Source of the DNA: an uncultured Rhodospirillaceae bacterium
Lineage (GTDB): Bacteria; Pseudomonadota; Alphaproteobacteria; Rhodospirillales; Defluviicoccaceae
Assembly (NCBI GenBank): GCA_964619055.1
Contig: CAZUDB010000002.1
Span: 29,723-93,722 of the forward strand
DNA length: 64,000 bases
Reading direction: 5' to 3'
Part shown: piece by piece, positions 37,554 through 46,756 of the stretch
Layout of the letters: the number at the start of each line of letters is the position of its first letter
Numbering within the stretch: the first letter of the stretch is position 1
Notes under the pieces: model-generated
Seen by the model: the letters and a program-made list of their open reading frames with translations, nothing else
Database searches by the model: none
Told to the model about the DNA's origin: nothing
Translations under genes and position numbers: made by a program

Positions 37554-37917
37554 AACTATTTTTAGTTGTGGCTGTTTTGGGTGAGGGAGCGGCCACAGCT
37601 CTGTTGGCTCGGGTTTTGACGTGCATGCGATCAAGGCCCCCTGGATAGGACAAATGTCATGCTAGGCCATCTGATCCTCGCCCGTGCGTATGTACAAAGC
37701 GAGCGCATTGATTTGGTTAGCGCGGGTGAACGAGCGTGCGCTTTGGATGAACTGAAACGCCGGTTTCGCCGTGCGCTTCATCAAGTCAGCTTGGGAGTCC
37801 TGTAGACCCGCCCCGGGCGCAAGCCGACAGTTGGCTGATTTGCCCCGAACTGAAACCGCAGTGGATCGTTTCAGTGGGCTCAGGCGCTAAGCTGGGCTTT
37901 TACTTGGACGGACTTCT

Positions 37918-39783
37918 CTAAAGGCCGTACCAATTAGGTACAAATAAGCTAAATGTTGCCCACAGGACGAAAATCAACGGCACGCCGGCGCGGGTGAAAT
38001 CGGTAAACTTGTAGTGGCCGGGACCAAGAACCAGAAGGTTCGTCTGGTAGCCAAGTGGTGAGGCAAAGGAGCAATTGGCGGCAAAGATCACCGCAAGAGC
38101 GAACGGCTCCGGTGAAACGCCAAGCTCCAACGCAATATCAACGGCAATCGGCGTGAACAGGACGGCGGCGGTTTTGGTCGTGACGATGTTCGACAAACCG
38201 GCGACCGTGAGAAAGAACAGCGACAGCACGACGGCTGGACCGGCGCCTTCGAGGGCGTTGACGAGATGGCGCGCGACGAAGGTGGCGCCGCCCGTCTCCT
38301 GCAGGGCAACACCAAGGGCCAGCGCAGCCCCGATCGTGGTGACGATACGGGGGTCGACGGCACGCCCGGCCTGGCGAATGTTGAGGACCCCGGTCCCCAC
38401 CATCAGAGCCGCGCCCGTCAGCGTCGTGACAACAAGCGGCACCAAACCGGCCGCGGACAGCCCGATGGCGACCACGAACACGGCCGCAGCCAGCCAGGCC
38501 CGTCCCGGGGATGACAATTCTTCCGCCGACCATTCGATCAGGATGATATCACGATTGGCCTTAAGGGCTTCGACGTCGGAGGCGTGGCCCTGGACCAAGA
38601 GCACATCGCCCGCTTCCAGCCGGATATCGGTCATCTTGGCCCGTATCATGCGCGCGCGACGCTGTATACCGAGGACCACGCAATGGGTTTGGTGATGAAA
38701 GGCAATCTGCTTGAGGGTCTGGCCCTCATAGCGGGACGCCGGCGCCACCATTACCTCGGCCACCACCTGGGAGTCGCCTGCGAGAGGGCCGTCTTCGTCC
38801 TCCCGACCGCGACCGGCGGTGCGCTCGCCGCCCCGCGCCCGCGTGTCGAGTTGCGGGTGAATGCGGGCGGCTTTGCGACTGAGCGCTTCCGTTAAAGCCT
38901 TACGCGTTGCCGCAACCACCAGGACATCGTCCGGGCGCGCCTCATATCGCTCGAAGGGCGGCAGTACAGCCTCTTCGCCGCGCTGCACCATGCGCACCGT
39001 CATGTCCGGCAAGCTGGAGAACAGGCCACCCGGCGCGCCTTTGCCTACCAACGGTGAGTCCGCCGCCACGGCTAACTGCGCAATGAATTGGCGCCCGCTT
39101 CCGGCCAATAGGGATTCCGCCAGGCGAGCTCGCGGCGGCAGCAGCATGGGCGCCACCAGCGTCAAGTAGAGCAGGCCCATGGCGGCCATGATGACGCCGG
39201 AGATGCTGAAATCGAAGAAACCGAAGGGCCGGACCCCGAGCTCGATCATGGCGCTGTTCACGAGCAAATTTGTGGACGAGCCCACGAGCGTTGTCATACC
39301 GCCGAGCACGGCGGCATAGGACAGCGGGATCATGAGCTTGCTCGGTGAGTCGCCAAATCGGGTGGCGACTCCCTGCATGATCGGAATGAAGATCACGACC
39401 ACGGGGATATTGTTCAGAAACGCACTGACCGCGGTGGCGACCACCAAAACCAATAAAATGGTTACAACGCGGAGACCACCGCCGATTTTGATCACCGAGC
39501 GTGCGACCAGATCGAGCACGCCGGCCCGAACCATCGCTTGCCCCATCACCAGTAGGGCCAGCACAGTGATCAACGCTGGGTTGGCAAAACCGGCCAAGAG
39601 GCGGGCGGCGCTAAGACGGTTTCCACCTTCGCCGTCAGGAAGCGGAAACACGGTAAATAGGATAAGCAGCGCACACACGACGCCCATGGAGACAACTTCC
39701 ATCGGCGCGGCTTCCGATGCGTACAATGCAAGCGCAACGATGACGATGACGAACGTTGCCCACATTAAGATGGATGGTTCCAT
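37918..39783 (-). CDS. SLC13/DASS-family anion permease with two central TrkA-C (RCK C-terminal) domains
   Basis: 621 aa. N- and C-terminal polytopic halves flank a soluble region with two repeats (PLVGKG...VRMVQRGEE...DDVLVVA and YEGQTLKQI...VLGIQRR...GDVLLVQG). Confidence 0.82.
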   Translation of the reverse strand: MEPSILMWATFVIVIVALALYASEAAPMEVVSMGVVCALLILFTVFPLPDGEGGNRLSAARLLAGFANPALITVLALLVMGQAMVRAGVLDLVARSVIKIGGGLRVVTILLVLVVATAVSAFLNNIPVVVIFIPIMQGVATRFGDSPSKLMIPLSYAAVLGGMTTLVGSSTNLLVNSAMIELGVRPFGFFDFSISGVIMAAMGLLYLTLVAPMLLPPRARLAESLLAGSGRQFIAQLAVAADSPLVGKGAPGGLFSSLPDMTVRMVQRGEEAVLPPFERYEARPDDVLVVAATRKALTEALSRKAARIHPQLDTRARGGERTAGRGREDEDGPLAGDSQVVAEVMVAPASRYEGQTLKQIAFHHQTHCVVLGIQRRARMIRAKMTDIRLEAGDVLLVQGHASDVEALKANRDIILIEWSAEELSSPGRAWLAAAVFVVAIGLSAAGLVPLVVTTLTGAALMVGTGVLNIRQAGRAVDPRIVTTIGAALALGVALQETGGATFVARHLVNALEGAGPAVVLSLFFLTVAGLSNIVTTKTAAVLFTPIAVDIALELGVSPEPFALAVIFAANCSFASPLGYQTNLLVLGPGHYKFTDFTRAGVPLIFVLWATFSLFVPNWYGL

Positions 39784-39897
39784 CAGGAGACGACTCCGTT
39801 GCTTCCAACCATCGATCCGACGGACCTGACGGGGTCGTCGCGATTGAGCGCAAGGACGATCATGATTGCGTATTGCCTTAAAAGAACTGTGGGCCGA

Positions 39898-40371
39898 TCA
39901 GACGTGCTCGGTCTTGGCCGCGATGACGCGCTGCTCCAATTGCTGAAAGCGGCTGGTAAGGTTTGCGAGGCGCTCCGATAACGAACGCATGACGGCCAGG
40001 GCGGCGTCGGGATTCTCAACAATCAGGCGGAGAAACACATCAACGTCAATCTTGAGGACTTCGAGATGTGATGATGCACGAATGGTTGCAGTGCGGGTTT
40101 GGTTAAGGATGATCGCCATCTCGCCGAAAAGCTCGTGGCGACCGAGGCTACCCACCTGGGTCTCGCTGCCTGCGGCACCGGTCAGGACGTCCACCTCCCC
40201 GCTTTCGATGACGTAAGCGCCATCGGCCGCGTCACCTTCCCGAAACAGCTCCTCGCCTCGTTCAAACGTCAAATAAGTGCTTGAAAACGCGAGTAGCTTT
40301 AGCTTGGCCATATCTAGGTGGCCAAACAGTGGGATGCCGCGGAGGATGGCGATCGCGTCACCGTATTGCAC
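39898..40371 (-). CDS. Standalone cyclic-nucleotide-binding (CAP effector) domain protein
   Basis: 157 aa. The beta-roll reads LRGIPLFGHLD...GEELFREGDAADGAYVIESGEVDV...LFGEMAIILNQTRTATIRA and is followed by a C-terminal helix. Confidence 0.8.
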   Translation of the reverse strand: MQYGDAIAILRGIPLFGHLDMAKLKLLAFSSTYLTFERGEELFREGDAADGAYVIESGEVDVLTGAAGSETQVGSLGRHELFGEMAIILNQTRTATIRASSHLEVLKIDVDVFLRLIVENPDAALAVMRSLSERLANLTSRFQQLEQRVIAAKTEHV

Positions 40372-40472
40372 GCCGCTGTCGTCCTTTCTCCGTCCGACAT
40401 CCGAACACCGTATTCGGTGGGCGGCAGTTTACCGGCCTGTCCAGTGTTCCATCAACCATCTCGCTGTCCTGA

Positions 40473-43133
40473 TCAGGATGCGGTGACGCTGACTTGCGCC
40501 ACGGCGGCCCCGTCCGGCGGGTTGTCATGATCCTCTTCGTCCGGTTTGCCGTCCCTGACGACCCGTCCATGATCCATCACCAGCACCCGGTCAAATGCCG
40601 ATGCGTCAACTTCACTGTTCAGCACCCAAACGACCGCCCCCCGCTCAGCCACGACTGCCCGCATGATCGCGGTCTGGCTCGCGGGGTCAAGCGTGGCCGT
40701 AGCATGGTCCAGGACCAGAAGGTCGGGCTGCTTCAACAGTGCCCGCGCCAACAGCATTTTTTGTCGTTGTGCCGCTGACAACCGGCTGCCGCCGATACCG
40801 ACCTGGTGATCGAACCCGATTGCCACGATGGCTCGCCGCAAGCCGATCCGCGTGATCACATCCTCAATGAGGCCGCCCACCAGCCGCTGCGCTTGAAGTC
40901 GCCCGTAGACCAAGCGTCCGAACAAGACGTTGTCCTGAACCGAGGCAGCTGGGTTGTATTGGTCGGGCTCGAAAAACGCAACGGCGTGCTGAAGGTCCGC
41001 AGGAAGATCCTGAGCGAAGGCGTGGCGCGCAGCCAATAGACGTGGGGTGGTCTCGCCGGTGATCAACCCCAAGCGATGTCGCGCTGGGATCAACTTGAAA
41101 GGTAAAGACAGCAGCAGTTTGCGATCTTCCCGTGACAACCGATCCAGCCGCTGAGGATTGGCCCGCCGCAACACCCCCTGGTAGGTTGGCAGAGCGTCGA
41201 CGCTGATGAAGCTGAATCGCTCAAACAATTCGTCGCCCGGCTGTGCTCCCTGGAACAACTCCAGCATGATCTTGGCTACCTGCAGACCGTCGGAAACGAG
41301 GACTTCCTCCAGTTCGAAGCGGCGCAATACGGACAGCATGTATGGGTTTTCGGCGATGTGCTCCAGATCAAACACGGGACCGATCGGCGTCCCAAACAGC
41401 AGGTTCTCCGCAAGTGTCATGTTGTTGTTGTACTTGTCGCGGTCGAACGGCTCGACCAACCCGGTGTAGGCGGCGTCCTCAAGGCGATCGCGAAGCTCGC
41501 GCCGGGCGTCCAAGATTTGCTGGGACAAGCCCTCGTGCGATGCGGGGTCGATGCGTCCCTGTAGGCCGAAGCCAAACAGATCGTCGTCCATGCCCACAAG
41601 GCTCAGCACGGTCACGGCACGATCGGATAGATCCTCCAAGTCACGGGCATCTGCGTCGCGCAGGTCGATCCAAAGCCCATCCGGTTGGCTAACAGTGCTG
41701 CCTGATTGCTGGGCTTCCTGGATCCGCCGCTTGCGGGTGGACGACTGAGCCGGAGACTCCTTAGGCATGTCGATGGGAATCGGCTGGTGCTTCAGCCCAT
41801 AATAGAGGTTGTCACCAATTGACCCCTGGAATAGGTGCCCGGATTGGCCGACGTAAGCGATGCGTCGGCCCGTGACCGTTTGCGAGATTGTAGCAAGGTC
41901 GATGTCGCCAATGCGAATGCTGCCCGAGGTCGGGATCAGGAGCCGAGCGATCAGTTTGGCGAGCGAACTGGCGCCAGATCCTTCTTGACCAACGATGGCA
42001 ACGCGTTCTGACAGATCGAACGAGAATGACGCGCGGTCGACAACCCTGATGCCATCCTCTTCTTCGAGGGTGACTCCATTGGCTACGACCGTACCACTGA
42101 GCCGCGGGACCACGCCGTCCGCAGGCGTCTGTAGGCTTTCGTCTAAGATGCCCGGTGGATCAAACTGTTCGACCAGCTGGTCATACTTAATTCGTGTATC
42201 TTCCTTAATTTGATACCACTTGAGCAGTTCTTTCCAAGGAGAAGAGAGGTCCTTATAGGCAGCAAGTACGGCAACAAGCGCACCAAATGTGAGATCTCCA
42301 GTAATAACTAGGTATCCACCAATAGAAAAAAAGAAAAATGGCGTCAATTGACCGATAAAATTATTAAGAAATTTGATAAAAAACTTCTTTTTATAGATTT
42401 TGTATCGGATTTCGTAGATGGTTCCGAGCCATCTGGAGATATCTGCTTTTTCATATTCAGCAGTGTCGTTGGAGTGGACGTTCTCAATTCCCGATACCAC
42501 TTCCCCAAGACGTTCCGATAATTTTCTGACAGTTTGAACACGCTGCTTCGCAAGCACATTAACCTGTCGCTGCAACTTCGGAATGATGTACGCTTGAACA
42601 GGCGACAGGGCCATGGCAGCCAGACCAAGCTTCCAGTCTTGGGCGAACATGAACGCTAGGATCGTCAGCATCGTTCCGCCTTCAAAGGCCGGTGTCGCAA
42701 AGGCCTCGCCCACGAAACCGCCGACGGGCTCCACCTCTGCAGTGATCATGGCGATGATCTCGCCCTGGGAGGTCTTGCGGAAGCGAGGCAACGGAAATCT
42801 GAGAACACGACTGAACAGCTGATAGCGAAGGCGCCGCAACATCCGTTCACCAAGCTGGCCTTTATAGACATTAATATAATACCGAAAAATAAATCGAACA
42901 AAAACTAACAATAAAAACAAACCACACAGCATAAAAAGATATTGGATCTGCATAAGATCAAATCCAAATACTGTTTTCGGAAAATCAGTACTGCCAATCG
43001 CCTCGTTTACTATAATTTTCGGAACCTCGAGTGAGGCGTATAAAAATGGAAATGATGATATCGTAAGTATAAGGAGGAGTATTTGCTCCTTGCGGCTGTA
43101 TTTAAAGATGTAGCTGAACAGCGTTGGTTGCAT
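40473..43133 (-). CDS. ABC exporter-type fused permease/NBD protein with degenerate ATPase motifs and a large NBD insertion
   Basis: 886 aa with an N-terminal 6-TM ABC_membrane-like region. The NBD has Walker A GQEGSGAS (Lys replaced), Q-loop YVGQSG, signature LSAAQ and Walker B LLVLDHATATLD (catalytic Glu replaced by His). About 330 aa lie between the Q-loop and the signature. Confidence 0.78.
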   Translation of the reverse strand: MQPTLFSYIFKYSRKEQILLLILTISSFPFLYASLEVPKIIVNEAIGSTDFPKTVFGFDLMQIQYLFMLCGLFLLLVFVRFIFRYYINVYKGQLGERMLRRLRYQLFSRVLRFPLPRFRKTSQGEIIAMITAEVEPVGGFVGEAFATPAFEGGTMLTILAFMFAQDWKLGLAAMALSPVQAYIIPKLQRQVNVLAKQRVQTVRKLSERLGEVVSGIENVHSNDTAEYEKADISRWLGTIYEIRYKIYKKKFFIKFLNNFIGQLTPFFFFSIGGYLVITGDLTFGALVAVLAAYKDLSSPWKELLKWYQIKEDTRIKYDQLVEQFDPPGILDESLQTPADGVVPRLSGTVVANGVTLEEEDGIRVVDRASFSFDLSERVAIVGQEGSGASSLAKLIARLLIPTSGSIRIGDIDLATISQTVTGRRIAYVGQSGHLFQGSIGDNLYYGLKHQPIPIDMPKESPAQSSTRKRRIQEAQQSGSTVSQPDGLWIDLRDADARDLEDLSDRAVTVLSLVGMDDDLFGFGLQGRIDPASHEGLSQQILDARRELRDRLEDAAYTGLVEPFDRDKYNNNMTLAENLLFGTPIGPVFDLEHIAENPYMLSVLRRFELEEVLVSDGLQVAKIMLELFQGAQPGDELFERFSFISVDALPTYQGVLRRANPQRLDRLSREDRKLLLSLPFKLIPARHRLGLITGETTPRLLAARHAFAQDLPADLQHAVAFFEPDQYNPAASVQDNVLFGRLVYGRLQAQRLVGGLIEDVITRIGLRRAIVAIGFDHQVGIGGSRLSAAQRQKMLLARALLKQPDLLVLDHATATLDPASQTAIMRAVVAERGAVVWVLNSEVDASAFDRVLVMDHGRVVRDGKPDEEDHDNPPDGAAVAQVSVTAS

Positions 43134-43239
43134 AGGTATGTGTAGGTCTTGAAGAGCCTCAGAAAATATTGGGATTATAAGTCGACGTCATCGCGGCGCG
43201 GCTGCCATCGATACGAGCCGGATGTGATTTCCAGCGGTT

Positions 43240-45162
43240 TTAAGACGGCTTTGCGCTCGTCGACTCGAAAACGCGAACCACGTCGACGTCGAGGGTCCGG
43301 GTATCGGCGTCTTTCACCAACCAGTCACCGCTCGCGTCCTTTACAAAGCCCAGCTCCGACAGGACCTGCACGGCGGGGCCATTGCGCCCGGTGGCCCGGA
43401 ACCGAACCCACAGCGATGTGCCAAGGTTTGCTGTGCGTGCCAGAAGCGACGCAAACAAGGCTTGTTCCAACATTCGGCCTTGAACACGACATGACAGCAT
43501 GAACTCCTCCACAACGACACGATTGTCCGCATGTCGGACAACCGCAAAACCGACCGTTCCATAATCGCCAAATCGATCTCGGCATCGAAGAACCAGCTTG
43601 TCGGTTACGTTCGATGAGATCAAGTCTTCGACTTCCTTACTTGAGTACTTAGAGCCCGAATAATTGAGTTGGTTCGTCCGTTGAACGAGCTCGATGACTC
43701 TCGCCACGTCGTCGTCGGCGATTGGGTCAATTTGCAACTCTATCTCACAAGACTTTAGAAAACCAAGGTAATCGTTACCCCATTGGCATTGGTCTCGCCG
43801 GCGTGCCAGGTCTTCATGATAAAGGCGACGGCGATTACCAGCCTCGCGGCTGGCACTGCCGGCAAAACGCGGATCGGACAACAGGCGCGGCGCCATCTCC
43901 GGCGTTACAGTCAGCACCTCCGGAAGGGCTGAGGATACCTCGGTACGTTCGAACGGGGAATCGTCCACAAATGCGAAGGAGTCGAGCCCCAGATTCAGGT
44001 GCCTCGCGATTTGGAGCAGATGCTGGCTTTTGGGTCCCCAATCGATTTGCGGATGGAGCACAAGATCAGCAATGCCGAATCGCTCAAGTTGCGTCCAGGC
44101 GACCTCCAGATCGTTGCGGCTCGCGACACTGATCAAAATGCCGCGGGCATCGAGGCGGCGCATCGTCTCGACTATCTCGGGGCGCAAGCGCAGATGTTGG
44201 CCGCGACGATGGTCCGATTCCACGAGGACGCCATCCCACAGCGTGTTGTCCAAATCGAAAACGACGCACTTTATCGGCGGACCTCCCGATGGGGAGGGCG
44301 CCTCGGTTGCGGCCGCCGGGATGGCGCGTTGCCAATCGGCCTGATCAATGCCGGCCACAAAATCGAGAGTGAGAAAAACGAGCCTCGGTGCCGTATCGGC
44401 TTCAGGCTGAATGGAAATCTTGGATGGTTGGTTGGCGCCCAGAAGGTGAGCAAAGTGCTCACGCCCAATGATGTGAAGGCTGTATCCAGGCGGCGCTTTG
44501 AGCCGTGCGAGCATTGGCGGCAGCGGCTCCCCGTTCGGTCCGAGGGGGTGATCGTTCTTGATGCGATAGGTCACGCCGAGGACGATAGCCTCTGGTTGTG
44601 GGTTATAAAGTTCCGCAACGAACGCCTCCGGCGCGTCCGACACGGTCGTCGCCATCGCTGAGTTGTTCGGCGCCATGCACCGTCGCAGCATTAGCTTTTT
44701 CGCGACGCGGCGGGGATCCGGGGGAAGTGTTTTGCCGGTGGGATCGCGGACCAGGGATGGATCGTGATGGAGCGCACGGGTCCACGCCGCGAGTCGATGA
44801 TTCGGTGAAAAGGCAAGCACTCGTTCGCGCCGGATGATGCGGGCCATCGGCTCCAGTACCGTGTTGGCGTCGGCCTCGATTTTTCCCCAGGTCGCGAAGG
44901 CCAGATCGACGCCGTAGCTGCGCAAGGACGCGAAGCGGCGATCGCGGCGAAAGCCCCAAGTCAACCGCCGGCACCCGCCGTCCGCCCGCGGCATATAAAG
45001 GGCGCAGCTCTCGTAGCACTGCGGTGCCGCACACTCCATGCAATGCTCGCCCCACCATAGGAAGGACAGGGCGCGGACCGCCTTGATGGGCTGATACGTG
45101 GCGATCAGTCGTTCGGGCGAGACCTGATGGCGGGTCCGATCGTACTGGTCAAAATCAAACAT
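43240..45162 (-). CDS. FkbH-like HAD-IIIC family protein with N-terminal Cys-rich domain and C-terminal GNAT-like domain
   Basis: ORF 43240..45288 was trimmed to MFDFDQY at 45162. The HAD motif I is IKCVVFDLDNTLWDGV. The N-terminal motif is CMECAAPQCYESC. The C-terminal region (VVEEFMLSCRVQGRMLEQ) looks like the FkbH acyltransferase-like end. Confidence 0.72.
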   Translation of the reverse strand: MFDFDQYDRTRHQVSPERLIATYQPIKAVRALSFLWWGEHCMECAAPQCYESCALYMPRADGGCRRLTWGFRRDRRFASLRSYGVDLAFATWGKIEADANTVLEPMARIIRRERVLAFSPNHRLAAWTRALHHDPSLVRDPTGKTLPPDPRRVAKKLMLRRCMAPNNSAMATTVSDAPEAFVAELYNPQPEAIVLGVTYRIKNDHPLGPNGEPLPPMLARLKAPPGYSLHIIGREHFAHLLGANQPSKISIQPEADTAPRLVFLTLDFVAGIDQADWQRAIPAAATEAPSPSGGPPIKCVVFDLDNTLWDGVLVESDHRRGQHLRLRPEIVETMRRLDARGILISVASRNDLEVAWTQLERFGIADLVLHPQIDWGPKSQHLLQIARHLNLGLDSFAFVDDSPFERTEVSSALPEVLTVTPEMAPRLLSDPRFAGSASREAGNRRRLYHEDLARRRDQCQWGNDYLGFLKSCEIELQIDPIADDDVARVIELVQRTNQLNYSGSKYSSKEVEDLISSNVTDKLVLRCRDRFGDYGTVGFAVVRHADNRVVVEEFMLSCRVQGRMLEQALFASLLARTANLGTSLWVRFRATGRNGPAVQVLSELGFVKDASGDWLVKDADTRTLDVDVVRVFESTSAKPS

Positions 45163-45522
45163 GACGTCATTACCCGAGGCCAAACGGTCCCATACGGGGC
45201 CGGCCATGCAACGGAGGATTGGACGTCGGCGATTCGGTCGCCCGTCCGATTGAAGCGTTCGATTTCTGTGCCTTGATAGACAGACCAAACGTCAGTCTAT
45301 AGTGGTGGGTCCGCCACATGATTGCGATAAATATATCGCGAGAGACGGCGTAGAAGCACGAGCACCTTGACCTTACGCCGTTTTTGGGGCGAGGGTTGGC
45401 CCGACGAGAGCGATTTTCGGTGCGGTCCGCGTTCACCCTTGCGCGACTACTTTCTCGCTTTAGCATGGCAGCCCTCACTGACGTTTGAACCGCAGTGAGA
45501 CTCGTGGGCGATGTAAGCACGC

Positions 45523-46755
45523 ATGCCAAATGGTCACGGTCATCATCGGCTGCTCATCTACAGCCACGACTCTTTCGGGCTTGGTCACCTACGGCGATGC
45601 CGGGCGATTGCTCATGCCCTGGTTGACCGGCGATCTGACCTTTCCGTCCTGATCCTATCCGGATCGCCCATCATCGGCAGCTTTAGCTTTCGCAACCGTG
45701 TTGATTTTGTGCGCATTCCCGGTGTCATCAAACTCCGGGATGGCGATTATTCACCGCTGAAGCTGAACATCGGCATCGAACAGACCCTGCAGTTGAGGGC
45801 GTCGATCATCAGCCATACGGCCGAAGTGTTCGCGCCGGACGTCTTTCTGGTCGACAAGGAACCGCTTGGTTTGCGTGGCGAGGTCCGCGAAACCCTGGCT
45901 ATGCTGAAAGCGCGTGGCATCCCGCTTGTGTTGGGGCTTCGCGACGTCATGGACGATCCAGCCACGCTCGCCGAGGAATGGCGGCGCAAAAATGCCGTGC
46001 CCGCGCTTGCGGGGCTTTACGACCACATCTGGGTCTACGGTCTGCCCGAGATTTGTGACCCGTTGCAGGGCGTGCCTGTGCCAGCGGCTGTCCACAACAA
46101 GGTGCATTTCACGGGCTACATCCGCAGGACGCTGCCCGACGGCACCACGACCGCTGAACCGTGGACGTCGGCTGACACCGAGCCCTACATTCTGGTTACG
46201 ACGGGTGGCGGCGGCGATGGCGCGGCGGTCATCGACTGGGTCTTGAAGGCCTATGAGCATGACCCAAGGATCCCTTGGCGGGCGCGGGTGGTTTTTGGGC
46301 CGTTTATGCATTCGCGGGTGCAGTCGGCGTTTCGTGAGCGAGTCGCCCGGCTCGAATCCGTTGACGCCATCACCTTCGATGCCAACTTGGAAACTTTGAT
46401 TGCCCATGCGGCGGGGATCGTGGCCATGGGCGGCTATAACACCTTTTGCGAAATTCTGTCCTTCGACAAACCGGCACTGCTCGTCCCGCGTACGGTGCCA
46501 CGGCTGGAGCAGGCAATCCGGGCGGAGCGTGCTAGTGTCCTCGGGCTGGTTCGGACGTTACCTTTAGACGGCGATCGCGATCCCATCTTGATGGCGGCCG
46601 CGATTCGCGCACTCCCGTTCCAGCCCCGTCCATCACAGACCGACATTCCCGCCCTTTTGGATGGACTGAGTGAGATTGGCGCGCTTGTAGACGGGTGGCT
46701 CGACACATCGCTGGCGCGGCCCGACCGGCCGGCAGCGGTTCGATTGCCGGCCTGA
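45523..46755 (+). CDS. Glycosyltransferase, GT28-like fold (COG4671-type predicted glycosyltransferase), copy 1
   Basis: 410 aa with N-terminal LLIYSHDSFGLGHLRRCRAIAHAL and a C-terminal GGYNTFCEILSF motif typical of the MurG/UDP-glycosyltransferase C-domain. Confidence 0.7.
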   Translation: MPNGHGHHRLLIYSHDSFGLGHLRRCRAIAHALVDRRSDLSVLILSGSPIIGSFSFRNRVDFVRIPGVIKLRDGDYSPLKLNIGIEQTLQLRASIISHTAEVFAPDVFLVDKEPLGLRGEVRETLAMLKARGIPLVLGLRDVMDDPATLAEEWRRKNAVPALAGLYDHIWVYGLPEICDPLQGVPVPAAVHNKVHFTGYIRRTLPDGTTTAEPWTSADTEPYILVTTGGGGDGAAVIDWVLKAYEHDPRIPWRARVVFGPFMHSRVQSAFRERVARLESVDAITFDANLETLIAHAAGIVAMGGYNTFCEILSFDKPALLVPRTVPRLEQAIRAERASVLGLVRTLPLDGDRDPILMAAAIRALPFQPRPSQTDIPALLDGLSEIGALVDGWLDTSLARPDRPAAVRLPA

Positions 46756-46756
46756 C

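Noticed and set aside
37409-37805. Possible small genes in the gap after the XRE gene: GTG ORF 37409..37648 and ATG ORF 37659..37805 (49 codons).
   Set aside because: Neither has a recognisable domain, a clear SD or coding-like composition. They are kept only as a note inside a finding.
45170-45529. 119-codon minus-strand ORF in the divergent promoter region.
   Set aside because: It has no SD or domain, and it overlaps the start of the plus-strand glycosyltransferase. It lies in a region better explained as intergenic with inverted repeats.
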